DNA of 38,682 bases from Octopus sinensis (lineage: Eukaryota). Made by a program: the position numbers and the translations under genes. The stretch lies in contig NW_021835932.1 of the NCBI RefSeq assembly GCF_006345805.1, positions 1-38,682 on the forward strand, in the 5' to 3' direction. This document shows, piece by piece, positions 32,358-38,682 of the stretch (position 1 is its first letter; every line of letters starts with the position of its first letter). The notes beneath the pieces were generated by a model that saw only the letters and a program-made list of their open reading frames with translations, searched no databases and was not told the origin of the DNA.

Positions 32358-33016
32358 ATTGGCTTATATCCGTTTTATATGTTTATTAAATAATGTGTAC
32401 ATATTTTCATATGTATTTCATTCGATTTTTAACTTCAGTATCGGCTTTTAGGTGTTTCTTTTAACTCTTTTGTTAATGTATTTCTGTTAAGATGCTCTGT
32501 ATTTCTTTCAATTACTTTAAATATAACAAAGAATTTAGTAAAATAACTTAGTTATCATTCAGCTGGTGTTAGGAACATACAAATTGTGACTAGGTTGGTG
32601 GTGGAAGATTTTAATTCAAAACTTATGAAAACAAGACATTGTACTACAGAGCCAGAGGTGGTTTCAACCAGGTGGTATCAAAAGGGTTAAGAATTGCTTC
32701 TCTATTATATATTTTAACCCTCTTGTTACTATATTTCTGTTGAGATGCTCTGGGTTTCTTTCAATTAATTTTAAGTATAACAAAGAATTTAGTAAAATAA
32801 CTTGGTTATCATTCAGCTAGTGTTAGGAACATAAATTGTGACTAAGGTTTGGTGGAAGATTTTAATTCAAAACTTATGAAAACAAGAAATTTAGAGCCAG
32901 AGCCGGTTTCAGCCGGGTTGGTAACGAAAGGGTTAAACATTTATGTATTTAAAATATATTCGCCGAGACCGACGTAAAGTCGATGAAGACGTAACTCGAA
33001 ACGCCGTTAGTTGAGA

Positions 33017-33054
<38 letters not shown>

Positions 33055-33345
33055 TGTGTGTGTGTTTATATGCACACACACACACACACACACAATCCGT
33101 TTTATATCTGTTTATTAAATAGTGTGTACATATTTTCATATGCATTTCATTGGATTTTTTACTTCAATATCCACTTTAAGGTGTTTTTTTAAACATTTAC
33201 GTATTTAAAATATTCGCCGAGACCGACGTAAAGTCGATGAAGACGTAACTCGAAACGACGTTAGTTGAGATGTCTGTGTGTATGTATGCATGTATGTGTG
33301 TGTGTGTGTTTAAATGCACACACACACACACACACATACACAGTA
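32358..33345. repeat. Local tandem duplication (unit A 32358-33094 carrying a MITE insertion; unit B 33095-33345)
   Basis: atccgttttatat...gtgtacatattttcatatg and gtatttaaaat...cgccgagaccgacgtaaagtcgatgaagacgtaactcgaaacg each occur twice. Confidence 0.85.
32461..32936. mobile_element. Dimer of the piggyBac-type MITE (same family as 3714-5499, opposite orientation) with a 23-bp spacer
   Basis: TTAA at 32461-32464, 32687-32690, 32714-32717 and 32933-32936; the paralogous empty TTAA site is at 33189-33192. Confidence 0.85.
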
Positions 33346-33389
33346 TATGAAAAAAAAAAACATAAAATTAAAGCAGTAAATACAATGCT

Positions 33390-33572
33390 GTCTTTTGGTT
33401 GGTCGAAATTAAGTCAAATTTTATCCAATGAAATCATTCCGTTTGACAAATAGCGGTTTATACAAACTTTCTACGCAGGACGGTAATTATGTGGATTAAA
33501 CACGGATCATCGAATTATTGATTGTCATCGATTTTACTTATTGTATATTGAAGATTACATTTACAGAAACCA
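33390..33572 (+). promoter_or_regulatory. Putative promoter and non-coding first exon of HAUS3
   Basis: A TE-free, CpG-containing island with CCAAT at 33425-33429, ending at donor cca|gtaagt (33573). The downstream coding exon has an acceptor 2 nt before its ATG, so an upstream UTR exon is required. Linkage of the two is inferred. Confidence 0.45.
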
Positions 33573-33804
33573 GTAAGTGTCCGTTTGATGATATTATTTA
33601 ATTATGAATATTGTCTATTTTTCTATTGCCGCGCCTTTTTTAGGATTTTTTTTCAGCAATTAATTTAGTCATTTATTTTAGCCCTAGGCCGGCCTTGATT
33701 GAGCACCCCGATCATTTGAGTATCAATGTCTATATTATATATATATATATATATAGACATGATACTAAGATATTGATATTATATATATATATATATATTA
33801 TATA

Positions 33805-34197
33805 TCTTTATATATAAAAGTGAAGTTGTGTGTCTGTCTCCTCCGATTTAGATTCCTAACTACTCCCACATTTTGCGGTGCAGTGTAACCAAAACCGGGT
33901 TCTTATAGTCGTGATTCATATCGAGCCCTTCTGGGTATTAGCGCGCGTCTACGATGAGTCTACGATTTTAAAAATAATTTACCATCATTTTTTCCATTTT
34001 AATGCATTTTTTCGCTATTATATAAGGGAAGTAACTCTCTAAAAATGTCTACGATGAGTCAACGATTTAAAAAAAATTTACCATCATTTGTTTTCCATTT
34101 TAATGCATTTTTTTTTGCTATTTTTTGGCTATAACTCTCTAAAAATGCTTATATAGTTATTTCCTTACAAACCCGAGCAACGCCGGGCGTACTGCTA

Positions 34198-34198
<1 letters not shown>
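33805..34198 (+). mobile_element. Non-autonomous Helitron
   Basis: 5' A|TCTTTATATATAAAA; 3' hairpin cccg-a-gc-aac-gc-cggg (34172-34187), then CTAG|T. It also has an internal tandem duplication. These are the established Helitron termini. Confidence 0.85.
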
Positions 34199-34259
<61 letters not shown>

Positions 34260-34306
34260 ATTTAAAAAATAAAACATGCATACATACATACATATGTATA
34301 TATACA

Positions 34307-34342
<36 letters not shown>

Positions 34343-34877
34343 GATATAATATATAAATAAATACATCTAATCCATACATATGTATATATACTAATATATA
34401 TATATATATATGTATATAAATATAATAAATAAATAAAATATATGCATATACTACATAATGTACATACTTACATCTACATGTATATATACATGCATACATA
34501 TAATATATATATATATGAGTACAGGACAAACAATACAAGGAATATTCCCCTTCATCAGCTTCCCCTGGTTCGACTCAATGCATTCTTCAGGCATTTTATA
34601 TCTAGGAGACTATATCATCTAATGTGTCCACTCGTCTTTAGAAAGAGCCTGTAGGGGTTGAGAGAGATGTGGCTGCTATTGCTACCAGTTCTGATTGTGG
34701 AATGTTAGTTTAAGTACCCCTTATAAGCCCTTATAGCTTCTATGTTTTTGGGAATTTTCAGAAAATCTTTGCGAATTTGTGTTCTTCACACAGGAATTTA
34801 TACGATTATGCAAAAAGAAAAAAGTCATGAGGGGGTTATATGAGGTGCTTATACCAGAATTCCTCCCGTTCTGACTA

Positions 34878-35100
34878 CCTATTTCTTTATTACCCACAAG
34901 GGGCTAAACACATAAGGGACAAACAAGGACAGACAAAGGGATTAAAGTCGATTACATCAACCCCAGTGCGTAACTGGTACTTATTTAATCGACCCCGAAA
35001 GGATGAAAGGCAAAGTCGACCTCGGCGGAATTTGAACTCAGACGAAATACTACTAAGCATTTCGCCCGGCGTGCTAACGTTTCTGCCAGCTCGCCGCCTA
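34878..35100 (-). mobile_element. SINE-B
   Basis: Reverse complement of 1471-1705. Confidence 0.75.
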
Positions 35101-35704
35101 CTACCATGTAGAAGTCTCCCATGTTGGCTCATACATCTATAGATTTTCGAGAAGCGGGCCGCATGAGACGAAATACATATACCGAAGGTTCGCCGAGATC
35201 TTCCTCGTTGACTCATACATATATACATACATAAGACAGTAAAGTTGATTTGCGCTGAACCGATAAGTTACAGGGACATAAACACACCAACACCGGTTGT
35301 TAAGCGGTGCTGGGGGACAAACACACGCACGTACCACGGGTATCTTTCGGGTTCTGTCAACCAAATCCCCTCAAGAATTTTAGTCGGCCAACGGCTTTTG
35401 TAGTAGACGCTTGCCCATGGTGTCACGCAATGGGACCGAACTCGGAACTATGTAGTTGGGAAGCAAGCTTCTTGCCACATAGCCACCCCTGCGCCTGCAT
35501 CAGCTGATATTCCAACCAGATGGGGTACTAAAGAATTGAAGAAATTGGCTGTTAACGGGTCAGTTTCTTGGAAACCTCTCAAATACCCACAAATTGCAAA
35601 AGTATAATATATGGTAATTCTTGAGTTGTCAGTCTTTTTCTGCCAGTGCTTGACTTATTTTATCGACCCCAAAAGGATGAAAGGCAAATCATTTTAATAA
35701 CCCT

Positions 35705-36116
35705 GGATCTTTTCGGTTTGAACGGCAGTTTTTTCTAGCGGTGTCATATGAAATTGTCACCCATAATTATGACCCTAGTATCAATCTATTGCTTTTCAAT
35801 CTGTTTTTGGATTAGGGTTGGTTAGGGGTGGGGGAAGGGTATCTTTTTTCTTCAGAAATGTAAATAAACCCAATCTGTTTCTTAAACGAGGGACATATTC
35901 ATACGGCACAGAATATTTTTTACCTCAATAGACGTCATTGATTGGTAGAAATTGAAGGAAAAAAAACAAGAAATATCTTACAAACAATAGAATTTTCTCA
36001 ATAAAGCCAAGAGAAAAAGATATTTTATAAACACATTCTACCAGTATACGAAGTTTAAAAGTGTTTAGTTACGTGGAAATTATTTTAAAAAACTGCCGGT
36101 CAAACTGAAAAGATCC
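35705..36116. mobile_element. Unclassified ~410-bp TIR element (GGATC...GATCC)
   Basis: TIRs ggatcttttcggtttgaacggcagttttt / aaaaactgccggtcaaactgaaaagatcc. Confidence 0.7.
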
Positions 36117-36265
36117 CTTGACTTATTTTATCGACCCCAAAAGGATGAAAGGCAAATAATTATAATAATAACCCTTTCTACTATAGGCACAAGGCCTGAA
36201 ATTTGTGGGGAGGGGATGTTTCAATTACATACACCCCAGTGTTACACTGATACTTAATTTATCAG

Positions 36266-36605
36266 GAGTGGCTCTGTGGTAAGTAGCTTGCTTACCAATC
36301 ACATAGTTCTGGGTTCTTTCCCACTGCATGGCATCTTGGGCAAATGTCTTCTACTAGTCACGGGCTGACCAAAGCCTTGTGAGTGGATTTGGTTGATGGA
36401 AACTGAAAGAAGCCCGTCGTATAAATGATATATATATATATGTATGTGTGTGTGTATATGTCTGTGTTTGTCCCTCCTGTAACTTAGTGGTTTGGGAAAA
36501 GAAACCGATAGAATAAGTACTGGGCTTACAAAGAATAAGTCCTGGGATCGATTTGCTCGACTAACGGCGGTGCTCCAGCATGGCCGCAGTCAAAATGACA
36601 CACAA

Positions 36606-36640
<35 letters not shown>

Positions 36641-36808
36641 CATATATACGAAGGGCTTCTTTCAGTTTCCGTCTACCAAATCCACTCACAAGGCTCTGGT
36701 TGGCCCTGAGGCTATAGTAGAAGACACTTGCCCAAAGTTCCACACAGTGGGACTGAACCTGGAACCATGTGGTTGGAAAGCAAGCTACTTACCACACAGC
36801 CACTCCTG
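36266..36808. mobile_element. Convergent SINE-A pair (+ 36266-36600, - 36640-36808)
   Basis: Matches the other SINE-A copies. Confidence 0.7.
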
Positions 36809-36849
36809 GAAAAAAGTCGTCTATCGAAATCAAAAGTAGAAATTCTAGT

Positions 36850-37470
36850 TGTGGACAATGCCAGTGACACCTGACTGGCTCCCCATGCTGATGACACATA
36901 AAGAGCACCATCCAAACGTGGTCAATGCCAGCCCCGGATGAGATTGGAACCTGGTGCAGCCCACTGGCTTGCCAGACCTCAGTCAAACCGTCCAACCCAT
37001 GCCAGCATGGAAAACGGACGTTAAACAATGATGGTGATGATTCCCCCTCTCTGTCTTTTGTTACTCTATTACTCTTTTACTTGTTTCAGTCATTTGACTG
37101 CGGCCATGCTGGAGCACCGCCTTTAATCGAGCAACTCGACCCCGGGACTTATTCTTTTGTAAGCCCAGTACTTATTCTATTGGTCTCTTTTGCCGAACCG
37201 CTAAGTGACAGGGACATAAACACACCAACATCGGTTGTCAAGCAATGCTAGGGGGACAAACACAGACACACAAACATACACACACATATATATATATATA
37301 CATATATACGACAGGCTTCTTTCAGTTTCCGTCTACCAAATCCACTCACAAGGCTTTGGTCGGCCCAAGGCTATAGTAGAAAACACTTGTCCAAGATGCC
37401 ACGCAGTGGGACTGAACTTGGAACCATGTGGTTGGTTAGCAAGCTACTTACCACACAGCCACTCCTGCGC
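36850..37470. mobile_element. RTE-1 3' UTR fragment (+, 36850-37040) and full SINE-A (-, 37070-37470)
   Basis: Matches the copies above. Confidence 0.7.
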
Positions 37471-37532
37471 CTATTTTGTTGATAATTTTTTTTTTTCATT
37501 ATTGAATTTAAAAAATTTATTTATTTTCAGAA

Positions 37533-37711
37533 ATGAGTGGGGACGCTTTTATGAACACGCTCCGCAATTTGCAATGTCCTAAAGTGGAGAAACTGAGCGC
37601 TCAGTTCTTTGATCGTCACTTTGCCAACCAAGAGGCAACTCGGTCGTTTATCACCTGGTTTTGCAAGACCCTTAATTCCAAGCATGTGGTGGCCCCTACA
37701 GAAATGCAAAG
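37533..37711 (+). CDS. HAUS3: First coding exon of HAUS augmin-like complex subunit 3 (augmin Dgt3 homologue)
   Basis: MSGDAFMNTLRNLQCPKVEKLSAQFFDRHFANQEATRSFITWFCKTLNSKHVVAPTEMQR matches the recalled HAUS3 N-terminal pattern (MS.G..F..TL....PK...L....FD..F.......F..WFC.......V....E). Acceptor ttattttcag at 37521-37530 and donor AAG|gtaagc (phase 2). The identification is from memory, not from a database search. Confidence 0.8.
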
Positions 37712-38057
37712 GTAAGCAAATGGATCCTAATAGAAACCTTTTTTATATATTATATTTATTTTTTTATCTTTAACTAGTTTGTCATAAGACTGTGGCCATG
37801 CTAGGGCATAGCCTCGGGGTTTTTTTTTTTTTTTTTTGGTTAAGCCTGATACTTATTCAATAGGTCTGTTGCTGAACCGCAACAGACCTATTCAGGGGTC
37901 ATAAACACACCAGTTGTCAAGTGGTGATGGAAGACAACACACACATATATATCAGGTATGTGCCATCAGTAATTACTCAGAGTAGGCAGTCGGTGACCTT
38001 TTAAGTTGTAAAACGCACAAAAATATAACCGAAACCAGTCACGTCTGGCAGTTGACT

Positions 38058-38682
38058 TGGCAGACACCCATAAAATTATCAACCATCGTACAAACAATAA
38101 CTCTGAGCACCTTTTCAAACTCCACCTGTCTAACACCCGTGGACATGTTTACAAAGTCAGAAAACAGCACAGCTCCCATGACTTTCGGAAACATTTTTTC
38201 ACGCTAAGAGTTGCTGGAGCATGGAACAAACTGCCGGCATCAGTTGTTAGTTGTCGGAGCACTGCATCCTTCAAAACTTCCATGCTTCCTGAGATTCGCC
38301 TACACTACACCTGATTTTCTCCCCTCCATACACACACAAGCATGTATCTGACTCATACACTGTTCACTTCCCAGACATTTGTACATACTGCATATGCAGA
38401 CACCCATAAAATTATTAATTATAAAATTATTGCAGACACCCTTAAAATTATTAACCATCTTACCAACAATAACTCTGAGCACCTTTTCAAACTCCACCTG
38501 TCTAACACCCATGGACATGTTTACAAAGTCAGAAAACAGCACAGCTCCCATGACTTCAGGAAACATTTTTCATGCTGAGAGTTGCTGAAGCATGGAACAA
38601 ACTGCCGGCATCAGTTGTTAGTTGTCGGAGCACTGCATCCTTCAAAACTTCCATGCTTCCTGAGATTCACCGAAACTACACC
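38058..38682 (+). mobile_element. Two tandem 3' ends of a CR1/L2-group LINE in a HAUS3 intron
   Basis: FKLHLSNTRGHVYKVRKQHS..DFRKHFFTLRVAGAWNKLP appears twice, both copies starting at gcagacaccc(a/t)taaaattat. The second copy runs off the window. Confidence 0.8.

Noticed and set aside
32975-33020. tcgatga...cgaaacgccgt resembling a hammerhead core (also at about 33230-33270)
   Set aside because: It has UCGA instead of CUGA, and no stem I or stem II pairing.
34560-34602. Minus-strand cCTGAAGA-atgcattgagtc-GAAC and nearby CTGATGAaggggaatattcc
   Set aside because: The GAAA core is incomplete or absent and stem II is weak; at most a decayed hammerhead.
35506-35607. Short ORF DIPTRWGT...WKPLKYPQIAKV resembling hAT transposase motifs
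   Set aside because: Only 33 codons, with the two motifs far closer than in real transposases; it cannot be supported without a search.
37859-37892. 14-bp inverted repeat just downstream of the HAUS3 exon
   Set aside because: It lies in a decayed SINE-A and is best explained as a local template-switch mutation.

Overview
Eukaryotic, AT- and microsatellite-rich genomic DNA. The repeat landscape (two tRNA-headed SINE families, RTE/R4/CR1 LINE 3' ends, TTAA MITEs) looks like an octopus/coleoid cephalopod, an inference from pattern recognition only. Most ORFs in the supplied track are repeat or microsatellite artefacts. Two host genes are supported, both on the + strand: (1) the 3' end of an unidentified gene, with two candidate micro-exons (5548-5570, 5760-5781) and a terminal coding exon (11269-11539); (2) the first coding exon of a HAUS3/augmin-3 homologue (37533-37711), with a probable non-coding first exon near 33.4-33.57 kb. 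The most unusual structure is a 4.2-kb array of 14 full plus 1 partial RTE-type LINE 3' ends joined by microsatellite spacers (19126-23361). The whole array is bracketed by one 8-bp direct repeat (GCAAGCTA) inside a split SINE and shows higher-order dimer structure. Other notable structures are three hammerhead-ribozyme-like cores (two of them heading tandem R4/Dong 3' ends), two independent compound two-MITE units that appear to have moved with captured spacer DNA, and long SINE fold-backs near exons. No rRNA, true tRNA or CRISPR array is supported. Repeat boundaries are hand-read and approximate unless a TSD or TIR is quoted.
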